Shown here: one piece after another, positions 26,419-36,227 of the stretch | Numbering within the stretch: position 1 is the first letter of the stretch | How the letters are laid out: each line of letters begins with the position of its first letter | From: Escherichia phage JEP8 | Reading direction: 5' to 3' (one strand) | Sequence record: MT764208.1 | Length of the DNA stretch: 64,000 nt | Notes under the pieces: model-generated | The model's database searches: none | Told to the model about the DNA's origin: nothing | What the model saw: only the letters and a program-made list of their open reading frames with translations | Translations under genes and position numbers: made by a program

Positions 26419-26792
26419 AGAATAATCTCTTTCAGTAAGTCAACAATCTGGTCTTTCGTCAGTTTATCCTGATTCTCTACAATCTTGATAACACAAGCAT
26501 TAACATCTTTTCGAGTCACGCGGGAGATCGTTTTAATACGATGAAACGGTTCGTAGAAATATACTGCTTCATTATAGAGCGCAGCAATTTTTCGACGCAT
26601 TTGATCTTTATCTGACAAGAAAACAAGTGCTGTTTTATGACCTTCTACACCCGCCACGTTATATAGTTCAGCAACACCCCAGCGACCTTCCGGTTCAATC
26701 ATTCCGGCGTGTTTACCGTCGATAAAAATAAGAATATCTCCGTTGAATGCGGTTTTGAATGCTACATCTTCCGGCGTAATCATATTTTTCAT
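26415..26792 (-). CDS. hypothetical protein (125 aa)
   Basis: AAGGAG Shine-Dalgarno. Confidence 0.55.
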   Translation of the reverse strand: MKNMITPEDVAFKTAFNGDILIFIDGKHAGMIEPEGRWGVAELYNVAGVEGHKTALVFLSDKDQMRRKIAALYNEAVYFYEPFHRIKTISRVTRKDVNACVIKIVENQDKLTKDQIVDLLKEIIL

Positions 26793-26822
26793 AATATAGT
26801 CTCCTTAGAGTTTCATTATAGA

Positions 26823-27458
26823 TCAAGCGAATGTAGAAAGCAAATGTTTTGTTTCTTTCAGTTGTCGTTCAAGATCTTTGCGTTTCTCTTTAAGTTGCAT
26901 TTTAGCATTATTTCGCTGTTTTTCAACATCTTTATCAATGCTCTTATTCCAGTTATCAATATCAGAATAAGTTGGCATACCCAATTCTAGACCTAATGCG
27001 GTTGGATACAGGGTAACAGTCCATAAACCGCTAATCTTCTTAAATAGGTCTGGGTGTAGTGTACTATCTACATCTTCCGGTGTCAACTCTTTTTCTTCTT
27101 TCAGTGGTGGGATCTCGTCATATGGTTCCAGCGCATTTACTTTAATATCAGATACCTCATCAAAGAATCCGCGTACATCCGCAGGAAATACACAAGCAAT
27201 TTCCCAACCGTGATCACGCAGAGAAGTAATATTTTTCACTCCCCCACCATGTGTGATGATTGATGTGACATTGCCATCGAGGTCCACCGAATTTACGAGA
27301 AATGGCTTATCGTCTGTCAGATCATTATAAAACTGTGCTTCGGCTGTAGTCATCTCCAGAAACAGATCTCGGATCGGACGACCATCAGGTGCGTTACCTT
27401 CCTTGAGAGTATAAAAGCGACTTACGATCCATTTTGGCGGTAAAGCATTAGCGGTCAT
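26823..27458 (-). CDS. hypothetical protein (211 aa)
   Basis: AGGAGA Shine-Dalgarno. Confidence 0.55.
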   Translation of the reverse strand: MTANALPPKWIVSRFYTLKEGNAPDGRPIRDLFLEMTTAEAQFYNDLTDDKPFLVNSVDLDGNVTSIITHGGGVKNITSLRDHGWEIACVFPADVRGFFDEVSDIKVNALEPYDEIPPLKEEKELTPEDVDSTLHPDLFKKISGLWTVTLYPTALGLELGMPTYSDIDNWNKSIDKDVEKQRNNAKMQLKEKRKDLERQLKETKHLLSTFA

Positions 27459-27508
27459 GTTATATCTCCTATCAAATCATTCACCAGCGCCCCGCAGGGC
27501 GCATTTTA

Positions 27509-28921
27509 TTAGAAAGTCATGGTATTTGCTAGCTCGTCGAGTTTTTCGCGTTTCTCGGCTTGCTGTGCGCTTTGTGGTTTAACTTGTGCATTCTCCTGAT
27601 CTGCGATCTGGTTTGGTACTTCATACCAACGCTGATTGCCTTTCTTCACACCAACGTTAAACCGTGAATAATAGTTCTTATCACCGTAACGAGACTTGAT
27701 CTGCTTCATGAGTTGGACGCCCATTTTAGCCAGGTCTTCGGTTTCGATAACACCCAACATAAAGTCGGCAGTAGCCGGAAGACCTGCTGATTCAGCGGTA
27801 TCACTCATGTTAAGGTCGGAAGCATCCCAACCCGCGCGGGTAGTCTGTGCCGCAGTCCAACCAACAACATCCCACTTAACAAAAAATCCTCGCAGTTCTT
27901 CCGCAATCGCCTTAACTAGTGTGTAACTATTTTCAGAGTATACACGCAAGCGAGACGATGCGCAAATCCCCAGATAGTCAACAATCACAACATCAGGTTT
28001 AAACTGTTTCTTGAGTCGCAATTCATTCATTAACGCCTCAAAGTGATTGGAGTTCGCGCCACCAGTCGGATACTGCTTGATCATCAATTTTCCAACCGGA
28101 CGATCTCCGATCTTCTTATTCTTAACACGCTTCATGCGTGCGGAATATTCCGCAAAAGAAACATTACCATTATCCAATTCATCTAATGTAATGTCAAGCA
28201 AGTTTGCGTCGATACGTTTTGCTACTACATGCTCTGCCATCTCCATTGAGATATACAATACATCATAACCACATTCCATATAATCCGCAGCAAGAGAACA
28301 CAAGCCAAGCGATTTACCAACGTTTACACCAGCAAGCAACACATTTAGCGTTTTTCTTTCCGCCCCTCCTTTCGTGATTTTATTCAACATCGGCAGCTTA
28401 AACGGGATCTTATTCGCCTTAGTCTGATATAGCAAGAATCGTTTTTCAAAGTCATTAAACCAGTCATGACCTACATCAGAATCAAACGTAATGGATAGTG
28501 CTTCCTGCATGATCTCAGGAATAGCACCCTCACTCGGCAATTTCTTATTCTGTTTCTCTTTTGGTAGTTGTGCGTTCGCCTGAATCTCTAGCGCCCGTGA
28601 CATTGCATTATACATGGCACGGTCACGAATAAATTTTTCGGTTTCCTTCATTAACCAATCAAGGTCTTCCGGTGTATTCTCAAGCGAATCAAGAAGAGTT
28701 TTAGCCCCTTCATATGTTGTCTGATTGCCTCTCTCCTTGTCTAAAGCAATCTGTAATGCAGTTGGCGTAGGAATATTGGAATATTCGTCTACGTGCTTTT
28801 TAATCAGCTTATAAATCAGTTTTTCTTCGTCTTCGGTGAAGTAGTCCGCTTTAAGGTGAGGCCATACATTCGTAAAGAATGCGCCATTGTAAATCAACTG
28901 TGAAAAGATAGTTTTAATCAT
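27509..28921 (-). CDS. 41: replicative DNA helicase gp41 (DnaB-like)
   Basis: Walker A GVNVGKS, SMEM, RecA-like fold; 470 aa vs 475 in T4. Confidence 0.9.
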   Translation of the reverse strand: MIKTIFSQLIYNGAFFTNVWPHLKADYFTEDEEKLIYKLIKKHVDEYSNIPTPTALQIALDKERGNQTTYEGAKTLLDSLENTPEDLDWLMKETEKFIRDRAMYNAMSRALEIQANAQLPKEKQNKKLPSEGAIPEIMQEALSITFDSDVGHDWFNDFEKRFLLYQTKANKIPFKLPMLNKITKGGAERKTLNVLLAGVNVGKSLGLCSLAADYMECGYDVLYISMEMAEHVVAKRIDANLLDITLDELDNGNVSFAEYSARMKRVKNKKIGDRPVGKLMIKQYPTGGANSNHFEALMNELRLKKQFKPDVVIVDYLGICASSRLRVYSENSYTLVKAIAEELRGFFVKWDVVGWTAAQTTRAGWDASDLNMSDTAESAGLPATADFMLGVIETEDLAKMGVQLMKQIKSRYGDKNYYSRFNVGVKKGNQRWYEVPNQIADQENAQVKPQSAQQAEKREKLDELANTMTF

Positions 28922-28923
28922 AC

Positions 28924-29235
28924 TTATCCCCCAACTACACGCATAACAAAGGTCTTAAGTTTATACCAGAAAGTTTCCTTTTTCAACTTTTCTTCTGCTT
29001 CTTTGATCTGCGCGGTTAACGCCTTAATGATGTGAGGATATACCACATCACGATCTGACGGCGTGGAGTAGTCGACCACAATACCTTTAGTGTCTGGATC
29101 GTATTCAACATTATGAATATAGACAATATGATGTTCTCCCTCTTCATCAACAATTATCAGTTCCTGAATAACTGTCTTCATTGCTTCTTGAATCAAGCCG
29201 TGTGCTTCTTCTAAACTTGTTGGTTTCTTATCCAT
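28924..29235 (-). CDS. hypothetical protein (103 aa), positional counterpart of T4 gene 40
   Basis: GAGAGGA Shine-Dalgarno. Confidence 0.5.
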   Translation of the reverse strand: MDKKPTSLEEAHGLIQEAMKTVIQELIIVDEEGEHHIVYIHNVEYDPDTKGIVVDYSTPSDRDVVYPHIIKALTAQIKEAEEKLKKETFWYKLKTFVMRVVGG

Positions 29236-29261
29236 AATATAATCCTCTCAGTAAAAATCTC

Positions 29262-29290
29262 ATTTTACTACTTTAATTATTCTATGTCAA
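29262..29290 (-). promoter_or_regulatory. sigma70-like early promoter (-35 TTGACA, weak -10 TAAAAT)
   Basis: 17 nt spacer. Confidence 0.35.
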
Positions 29291-30053
29291 CAAATTTCCA
29301 ATTTGGAAAGTCTGGACACATACAACGACGGCGAACGGTTCCGCGCTCGTTTCCTAGTACCTTAGATACTTCCGATACAGATTTATAGATCACACCATCA
29401 ACAGATACAGCCTTTCGGTCTTTTCTGTTTTGTTTCTTGCTCTTTTCTCGTCTGGCTTCGACATTCTCCGAATCATTCCATTGTCTCTTTGCTGTCTCGC
29501 GGGAAGATATTGTCTTTTGTTCTTTAACAATATCTTTAACAAGTTGTTCTTGTCCTGTTATCTTCGCCCACACATTAACAGACTGAATAGCATTAGCCTC
29601 ACTCATTCCCCAACGTTTACCGGATATATTCTTACGACGAACGCGTAGAAATTCGTTAAAGACTTCTTCGCATTGGTGCATATAATCACGAAAACCATAT
29701 TTCTTAGCCCATGCCTCTTTAATTGCACCAGACATATTTTCGGCAATACGTCTACGCACCCATGCATACTCCTTATTATTGCGACCGTGACTGGTCATAC
29801 ACATCATACGTGCAGCCATAATAAGACCAACATTCTTAGGATACATTTTAGCTAACAATAAGTGAGCGGTAAAGTGTTCCTCCGGTGTCAATGGAACGAG
29901 ATTTTCCTGTTCATCCGTGCCGCCCATACAACGTGGTTTAACGTGATGGATCTCTATGTATCCGGTCGGCTTCTCTCGGTTTCTTGCTCGTTCAATCAAT
30001 CTTTCGTAATGTGTTTTGTAGTTCATGTGATCCTCCATATGAAAAAGGGGCAT
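29277..30053 (-). CDS. free-standing HNH homing endonuclease (true start may be an internal ATG at 30026)
   Basis: EIHHVKPRCMGGTDEQENLVPLTPEEHFTAH is a classic HNH motif; inserted between uvsX and the gene 40/41 block. Confidence 0.75.
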   Translation of the reverse strand: MPLFHMEDHMNYKTHYERLIERARNREKPTGYIEIHHVKPRCMGGTDEQENLVPLTPEEHFTAHLLLAKMYPKNVGLIMAARMMCMTSHGRNNKEYAWVRRRIAENMSGAIKEAWAKKYGFRDYMHQCEEVFNEFLRVRRKNISGKRWGMSEANAIQSVNVWAKITGQEQLVKDIVKEQKTISSRETAKRQWNDSENVEARREKSKKQNRKDRKAVSVDGVIYKSVSEVSKVLGNERGTVRRRCMCPDFPNWKFVDIE

Positions 30054-30077
30054 AAAGCCCCTTAACTGCCACTGATA

Positions 30078-31148
30078 TTATGCTAACATATCCTCGACTT
30101 CTTTGTCAACTGCTTCGTCGCTGATAACTTGACCTAACTGATAGTGATCGTTGATCGCTTTCTGGAAGTGTTCATTGGTCAGAAGTGGTTTCCAAAAATC
30201 AACACTATCCGTTTCTTTAGCGCGGAACTTGCGGTCTTCGGTTTCCATTTCTCCTGTTTCAGCATTCAGGATTGAGCGAGAATACCAACCATTCGACGGT
30301 TTAACAATCCAACCCAACTCGATAGCCAGTTCAAGCAATCCAGAGTAAGGATCAATGCCACCGCTAAAGGTTACGCTAATCGGGAACTTCGATTTTTCTT
30401 TAACGGTTCGTGATTTTTCCGCATTCAGGATAAAATCATAACCAGTAATTTCGGTTCCTTCTTTCTGCTGACGACGGCTAATAATGAATACTTCGTTTGC
30501 ACTGTACATACCACCAGTACCACCCGACATAATCTCTTTCGGATACAGAGACATTTCAGAGTAAGTATGGTTAATAGCGATGCACGGGATATCATTCATA
30601 GTCAGATAAGGTGTCATCATACGGAACAAGCCTTTAAGTGCTTTAGCTCGCGTCATATCCTGCGCTGATTTCTCATTAATCGCGTCTTCAACTTCTTTTT
30701 TGCTTGCCAAGTTACCGATTGAGTCGATAAAGATGATCACTTTATCTTCACGGGTAATTTGCTCAAGCTGGTTCATGATTTCAAATTTAAGTTCTTCGAT
30801 GTTCTTGATTGGAACATGCACCACGCGATCAGGATCTACACCCATAGATGACAGATAAGCGGACGTAATACCGAACTCAGAATCAAAGAACAAACACGCC
30901 GCATCAGGATTCTGTTTCATGTATGCACTAACACAAGTTAATCCCATGTTTGATTTAAAGTGCTTAGACGGACCAGCAAAGAAAATCAGACCAGATTGAA
31001 AGCCCTTTTTAAGATCACCTGAAAACGCAATATTCAGCATCGGGATCTTAGTGCGAGTATTTGTTTTTTCGTTAAAGAAGCTGGATTTAGACAGTACCGC
31101 AGTAGTTTTCAGGGTAGAGTTCTTTTTCAGTTTTTCCAGTACAGACAT
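30078..31148 (-). CDS. uvsX: UvsX recombinase (RecA-like)
   Basis: RTKIPM.NIA.SG, SGL...AGPSK.FKSN.GLT, FYDSEFGIT.AYL.SMGVDP.RV.H, IDS.GNLASKKE.EDA.NEK, CIAINHTY, KSRTVKEKSKF, GGIDPYSGLL match recalled T4 UvsX. Confidence 0.9.
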   Translation of the reverse strand: MSVLEKLKKNSTLKTTAVLSKSSFFNEKTNTRTKIPMLNIAFSGDLKKGFQSGLIFFAGPSKHFKSNMGLTCVSAYMKQNPDAACLFFDSEFGITSAYLSSMGVDPDRVVHVPIKNIEELKFEIMNQLEQITREDKVIIFIDSIGNLASKKEVEDAINEKSAQDMTRAKALKGLFRMMTPYLTMNDIPCIAINHTYSEMSLYPKEIMSGGTGGMYSANEVFIISRRQQKEGTEITGYDFILNAEKSRTVKEKSKFPISVTFSGGIDPYSGLLELAIELGWIVKPSNGWYSRSILNAETGEMETEDRKFRAKETDSVDFWKPLLTNEHFQKAINDHYQLGQVISDEAVDKEVEDMLA

Positions 31149-31159
31149 TATTAATACCT

Positions 31160-31348
31160 CTATTCAGTTAATCCGTAATACTTTAATTGCTTCATTGTTA
31201 TTCGATCTTTGTAGTGCTCTTGAATTAACTTTTTCATCGCATCAACATCGATCGTCACAAATACTTCGTTGCTGTGATTTCCGTGAACTTTCTTGAAATG
31301 CTCTATGCCTTCCTCACGTTCACGTTTAATCTTTTCAATGTCTCTCAT
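31160..31348 (-). CDS. hypothetical protein (62 aa)
   Basis: Trimmed to ATG downstream of hairpin; the ORF-track GTG extension runs into the hairpin. Confidence 0.45.
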   Translation of the reverse strand: MRDIEKIKREREEGIEHFKKVHGNHSNEVFVTIDVDAMKKLIQEHYKDRITMKQLKYYGLTE

Positions 31349-31366
31349 AATATATTTCTCACATTG

Positions 31367-31393
31367 GCGGGTATCGTAACCCAACACCCGCCA
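31367..31393 (-). other. GC hairpin GGCGGGT..ACCCGCC immediately after a promoter -10 (transcript 5-prime stem-loop)
   Basis: 7 bp stem, 13 nt loop. Confidence 0.4.
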
Positions 31394-31420
31394 TTATACA
31401 CACTTTATCTTAAATGTCAA
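31393..31420 (-). promoter_or_regulatory. sigma70-like early promoter (-35 TTGACA overlapping gene 43 stop, -10 TATAAT)
   Basis: 16 nt spacer. Confidence 0.45.
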
Positions 31421-32886
31421 ACAGGTCCGTAAGCGATGCCACCTTTTCATATTGCAGCTTTGCAGCCGTGGTAATGTTCTCCAGTGGTTTGACGAAAGTC
31501 TTATTAAACAACAAAGGCCAGTCTAACCACTTTAACACCTCGCTTTCAATCTCTGGAGGAATACGAGTACCGGACAACCAACCAAAACAGATTTCTCCAA
31601 ACGGATTTCGATCTTTCAGCGGTACAATCATAACCTTCTCGCCTTCACGAATCGGATCTAGTCCGAATTTTCGAGCATTACGATTATAACACAATACACT
31701 CTTAACCGCATACGGACAACCCTTAATCGGATACCCGTTTGAATCGCTGTATTTCTGTAGGTTGTTTGCAGATGATACCGCAGCAACATCAAGATAGTCA
31801 AGTTTTCTAAATTCTTGCTCAAAAATACCGTAGTATTCCTGCAATGACTCTTCACCTTCCTGCAACATACGGCGAATACATTCTTTCAGTGATTTCTGAC
31901 ATGCTTTCGGGGTGGAGCTACGTTGCGTTTCCAAGCCCATGATTTTTAGCTTAGGTTCAGCAAAGCGCGTTCCTTCCATATCCCAAACATTAAGAGCATA
32001 ACGCTTTTTACCAGTCCAGAATCCACCGATACCCGCAGATTTCAATGGAGGACCAGCAATTGCCTCACGGTCCATAAACATCAAGTGCTCATAGTTGTTC
32101 ATGTACTCGCATAACTCGCGATATCCCTCGTCGATAATAGGTTCCATTCGATGTTTACCGAAATTATCAAGGAAGTCAACAAGTTTTTCGGTATCGTCGA
32201 AACGGTCTTCCCCACCAACCTTATCAATAACATTGTTAACCAGCACATAAACGGAGTCAGTATCACAATAACGAACATATGCAAAATCAGTTGTTCCGCA
32301 AAGCTCGTTTAAGTATTCGTTAATCTTACGCTCAATCCACTGAATTGCAAGCTGACCGAACAGTGTGATCGCACTAGCGTTACGGAGATCATAAAAACGG
32401 AATTTAGGATTCCCCAACGCACCATAAAGGGAGTTGATCAAAACTTTTCGAGAAAGCTGGTTTGTATTGCACAAGATCGACTCGTCTTTACATTCATCCA
32501 GCAATTTCTCTAAGGCATCTTTACTTAATTCAGAAAGCATCGATTTAAACGCTTCGTCAAAGTCGTGACGCACTTCAACGCTATAGCTAATGGTTCCCCC
32601 ATAAACATGATTTTCATCGTGTAGAATCGCTTTACAGAGTTCAGCATTGCGATCACATGCCAACATCATGTTTTTGTACTGCTTACGCTGATCGAATACC
32701 TTTTTAATCTCAATCGGTACGATACCATGAATATCTTTTCGATACATCCATCCGTTAGGCGAGCAAGAATACTCATCACTAGGACGTGGTGCAGTTTTAT
32801 TGATATACTCGTGCATCGGTGCAGCATCAAAAGATCCAGCGATTGTTTCCGGCGAAATGTTAACCTGACGGATGATTGATGGATAC
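31410..32886 (-). CDS. 43: DNA polymerase gp43, exon 2 (from second half of motif A, YPSIIRQ..., to stop)
   Basis: In-frame conserved YPSIIRQVNISPETI lies directly upstream of the ORF-track ATG with no start codon; downstream blocks incl. YCDTDSVYV match recalled T4 gp43. Confidence 0.8.
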
Positions 32887-34000
32887 CATTATGTTCAGCG
32901 CGGTTCGCTACTCCCGCGCCCGTTCTCTTGCGAACTGCTACATGTCACCATGTAGATCAGACTATATCACATTCTCATAGAGAATCCTGCCATTTCGAAT
33001 CGCTTGATTCTACTCTACTCGGTTCGTTACCCTTTCGATAGTCGTTGAACAACTGCATCTTTAAGCTCATTTTGATCAAACGGTGTTCTCTTACAGTACC
33101 CGCTATAATTCTTAGCAAAAGGTTTCTTCTTACCAAAGATCTCTTTTCCTGAATTATGTGCTTCAACAAGAAAATTCACCATTTCATCAAATGTGAAACT
33201 TGCAAATTTAGCATAAGTTTCATTACGTTTTGACATTATTTTACTCATAACTTCCGGTCGTTTAGACGCTGAATTTTCGCGTTTCTCGCCAGTATTAAAT
33301 GATACCAACTCACCGGAAACATATCTAGGATCATCACAACTAACTCTAAACCGATTTCCTTCATTATCCTTAACGATAACAGTATTCTTTAGCTTTTCTG
33401 CCATAGAATCAAGACCTTTTCGTATAGTGTCCTCATCAGCCCCGAAATATTTCTTTCCGCTCATATCGGTTCTGGCTTTTCCGGTCTTGTTTTCGGATAT
33501 TTTCAGTCTAACTTCCTCTCGCTTGGCTGGGTTATTGTCTCCAGCGAATGCATCTTTGGTTAACGCCTTCACTTTATCGTCATAAGATCCTCTAGAGATG
33601 AAAGCATATGCTCTCTTGCATTCACCGTTATTGAATATTAAGCACAATAACCGATGCGCCTCGACGTGGTCTTCAAACTTAAGCCTAACAAGATTCCATT
33701 TATCTAACCGATATTCAGGGAACATTGACTTCGGGCATATATGATGCACCTCGGAATATTCTTCACCCTGATACGGATTAGACACCAGTTTAATGTAGTC
33801 GTTTAATGCTTCCTCGTTATGTATTTCGTACTTTCTTAAAATGTCTTTCATCTCGCGCCTCCAATGTATATCAATATCTATATACATTATAAGACACGTT
33901 AGCTCAAAATGCAACTGCTGCTGATTGTCTCCTTAGAGATTTCCCAGCAATTAAGCAGGTTATTCGATCACTGTCACCAGTGAAAGCCCCATATCAGTTT
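32887..34000 (-). mobile_element. group I intron (1114 nt) in gene 43 carrying an HNH homing-endonuclease ORF
   Basis: P (AAUUGCUGGGAAA), Q (AAUCAGCAGC), R (GUUCAACGACUA), S (GAUAUAGUCUG) elements; IGS GGGG pairs with exon CCCU; 5-prime exon ends in U and intron ends in G; P9-like hairpin with GUGA loop. Confidence 0.75.
33027..33851 (-). CDS. intron-encoded HNH homing endonuclease (274 aa)
   Basis: GGAGG Shine-Dalgarno then ATG (MKDILRKYE); EVHHICPKSMFP..WNLVRLKFEDHVEAH HNH motif; 3-prime end overlaps intron R element. Confidence 0.75.
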   Translation of the reverse strand: MKDILRKYEIHNEEALNDYIKLVSNPYQGEEYSEVHHICPKSMFPEYRLDKWNLVRLKFEDHVEAHRLLCLIFNNGECKRAYAFISRGSYDDKVKALTKDAFAGDNNPAKREEVRLKISENKTGKARTDMSGKKYFGADEDTIRKGLDSMAEKLKNTVIVKDNEGNRFRVSCDDPRYVSGELVSFNTGEKRENSASKRPEVMSKIMSKRNETYAKFASFTFDEMVNFLVEAHNSGKEIFGKKKPFAKNYSGYCKRTPFDQNELKDAVVQRLSKG

Positions 34001-35202
34001 AGGGAAGTAAGGTCAAAGCTCATCATCCAACGGTAAGCATTCGGCACAGGTTCTTTTACAAATGCGCCTGGATAAGTCTGCTTAGGCTGTATCTTATTTT
34101 CCGGTACTACTTTACCCTCTGCTTTCAGAGATCCGAAGATAATAGCATCCCATACCTTCATCGGGTTATATACATGGTTAAACTTAATTTTCGCATAGAA
34201 ACATAGACTATACACAAGATCGATAAATCCACGCTTTTTATCAATCGCCAGCACACGGTCAACGTCGCCGATGTTATAATCGATGTAAAGTTGATGGTTG
34301 TCATCACGCAATTTCTTTAATGGACCATCATAATCAACCTTACCGATTCCTGTCTCATATTCAGCAACATAATCTAATGCATATGTTGGTTGAGTCGTAA
34401 AGCTAAATTTCTTGTACAGGTCAATATAATCAAGGCTTTCGATCCCCATGATCGTAAATGCTTCACGCTCGTTGCCAAAATCATCCTGTGAGATTCTGGA
34501 TTTAATCTTACCGCACGGGCTTAGACGGTTTGCCGTTCGACTTCCAAACTTATTCCCGATACGTTTAATGATATATGGAATATCGAATGTTTCTGTGTTC
34601 CAGCCAGTGAAACCAACGGGTCGGTTTTCCTCAAAGAATCGGATGTATTCTAACAGCAATTCATCTTCTGTGTCATAAACGTTATAAACAACGCGCTCCA
34701 CAATATCAGGTCGAAGAATAGACTTGCTTGCTTCCCAGATTTCACCGTTTTTTCCTTTCAAATCAAATACAAAGAAACGATCATGTAAGGAATCATAATG
34801 CGTAATTGCATCGATAGGATATTTCGCTTCTTCTGGTTTAGGAAATTCTGGGGCAGTGACCTCAATATCAACCCACGCTACACGGATTTTATTTCGGTCA
34901 TATCGAATCTCGCCTTTATATGTATCGGACAGATAGGAGATGATAAAATCATCCATCCCTAGTGCCTCTTGCCCCATTTCCCCCATCTTTTTACGCCATT
35001 TGTTGGCCTCGTTCATAGATGGGAATTTTTTAGCAATGCAAGGCTTGCCATAGATATCTTTATAATTCGTAACCATACCAGGCGCGGCATGATGAAATAA
35101 AGTTGGCGTATATTCAACGTAACGCTCTTGTTCTTGTCCAGCATCATCAATATAACGCTCGTAGATCTTATCACCCACTCGCTCACATGACAGAAAATAC
35201 AT
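34001..35202 (-). CDS. 43: DNA polymerase gp43, exon 1 (N-terminal and exonuclease domains up to ...SFDLTSL)
   Basis: ERYID, FPSM, DIEVT, IDAITHYDS, FTGWN.E.FD.PYI, YDGP..KLR..NHQ.YI.YNI.DV, WDAIIF.SLK, PGAFV.EP, MSFDLTSL match recalled T4 gp43; start at ATG after GGAGGAG. Confidence 0.8.
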
Positions 35203-35284
35203 AATATAAACTCCTCCACTTACGAAAGACACTCATTATAGGGGAATCGACTTGGTTTGTCAATACCCCTATCCCATCAGTATC

Positions 35285-35647
35285 TTAGCGTCCGATCTGA
35301 TATTTCTCGATCAGAGTCCACTCTTCTTTCTGTTTGAAAGACAGTACACGGAAATTATTAACTTCGGTAGTTTCAAAATCACTATCAATTAGGGTACATA
35401 GATTCCACTGCGCCAGAAGTTTTGCAATGTTATTACGGCGTAATTCATCTTCCCACGTCATTTTAACACTACGACCATCTAATTTCAACAACTCCTTGAA
35501 ATGAACGATGTAATAGCGCCCTTTCTTCTGGAGAATATGACAAGACTGATACAGAGTCTTGTCTCGATTGTTGGCAATGCCGCAGCGGGTTAAAGTCTCC
35601 TTAATTTTAAGGAAGTTTTCAGGACTAATCAAATTAATTTCAATCAT
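35285..35647 (-). CDS. regA: translational repressor RegA
   Basis: MIEI.L..PE.FLK.KETLTR.GIANN.DK.LYQSCHILQKKG.YYIVHFKE and NNFRV.SFKQK.EW.L..KY.IG match recalled T4 RegA. Confidence 0.85.
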   Translation of the reverse strand: MIEINLISPENFLKIKETLTRCGIANNRDKTLYQSCHILQKKGRYYIVHFKELLKLDGRSVKMTWEDELRRNNIAKLLAQWNLCTLIDSDFETTEVNNFRVLSFKQKEEWTLIEKYQIGR

Positions 35648-35648
35648 T

Positions 35649-36227
35649 TTACCACCTTTCTATAATCTTTTTAAGTCGTTTCCTTTCTGTCTGATTCTTA
35701 GTAACACCCGCCAAAAGTTCATCGGTCGCATACGGTTTAATGTGCTTCAATAACTTGTCCATATATCCCTTTTCATTAGCCAAATCGAGATAAAACCGGG
35801 CGTCATCCATATTTACACAATATGCTTTCGCCACTGCCGTTAAAACCAATTTTTGGTCCAATTCTTCTGTTAGTTTAGCCCATTTACCGTATCGTTTCCC
35901 CTTAGAAATACTCTGTAAGAGATAATCAAAATGCATTTGATCTGGGAGGCCATGACCGATTAAATTCATCACATACGCGCTATATAGACAATCTGCGTGC
36001 TGGGAAAGAGCGGTGTTAATCCATCTCTGGTTATATGCAGAATTGTTTCCCACATTAACGCGCTGTTTATCTAAGGTGATATGATCCATCAGAGCAAATA
36101 ATGCATTGTCGGTTTTCTCGGTGAACGTGTCCGCTAATTCAGACACCTTTTCCCAATCACGAGAGCGCCATGCAATTTCATGCTCGTTTAATTGTGTATC
36201 ATCTTCACCGAAAAATTGACCTAACAT
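35649..36227 (-). CDS. 62: clamp-loader subunit gp62
   Basis: QLNEHE.AW.S.DW, YSAYVMNLIG.GL.D..HF.YL, KGKRYGKWAKL; start overlaps gp44 stop (TAATG) as in T4. Confidence 0.8.
   Translation of the reverse strand: MLGQFFGEDDTQLNEHEIAWRSRDWEKVSELADTFTEKTDNALFALMDHITLDKQRVNVGNNSAYNQRWINTALSQHADCLYSAYVMNLIGHGLPDQMHFDYLLQSISKGKRYGKWAKLTEELDQKLVLTAVAKAYCVNMDDARFYLDLANEKGYMDKLLKHIKPYATDELLAGVTKNQTERKRLKKIIERW

Noticed and set aside
26116-26472. 118 aa + strand ORF from the track
   Set aside because: No ribosome-binding site, runs antisense to a uniformly leftward gene block, and overlaps two - strand micro-ORFs with good translation signals; probably spurious.
33852-33914. N-terminal 21 aa extension of the intron endonuclease ORF (MHFELTCLIMYIDIDIHWRRE)
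   Set aside because: It lies upstream of the GGAGG site and ATG, and is intron structural sequence.
31410-35232. Gene 43 expressed as two separate polypeptides (split gene) rather than spliced
   Set aside because: The conserved motif A residues YPSIIRQVNISPETI are encoded in frame directly upstream of the second ORF with no start codon, and the insert has a full group I core with correct splice-site nucleotides; splicing explains this better. It remains to be confirmed by cDNA.
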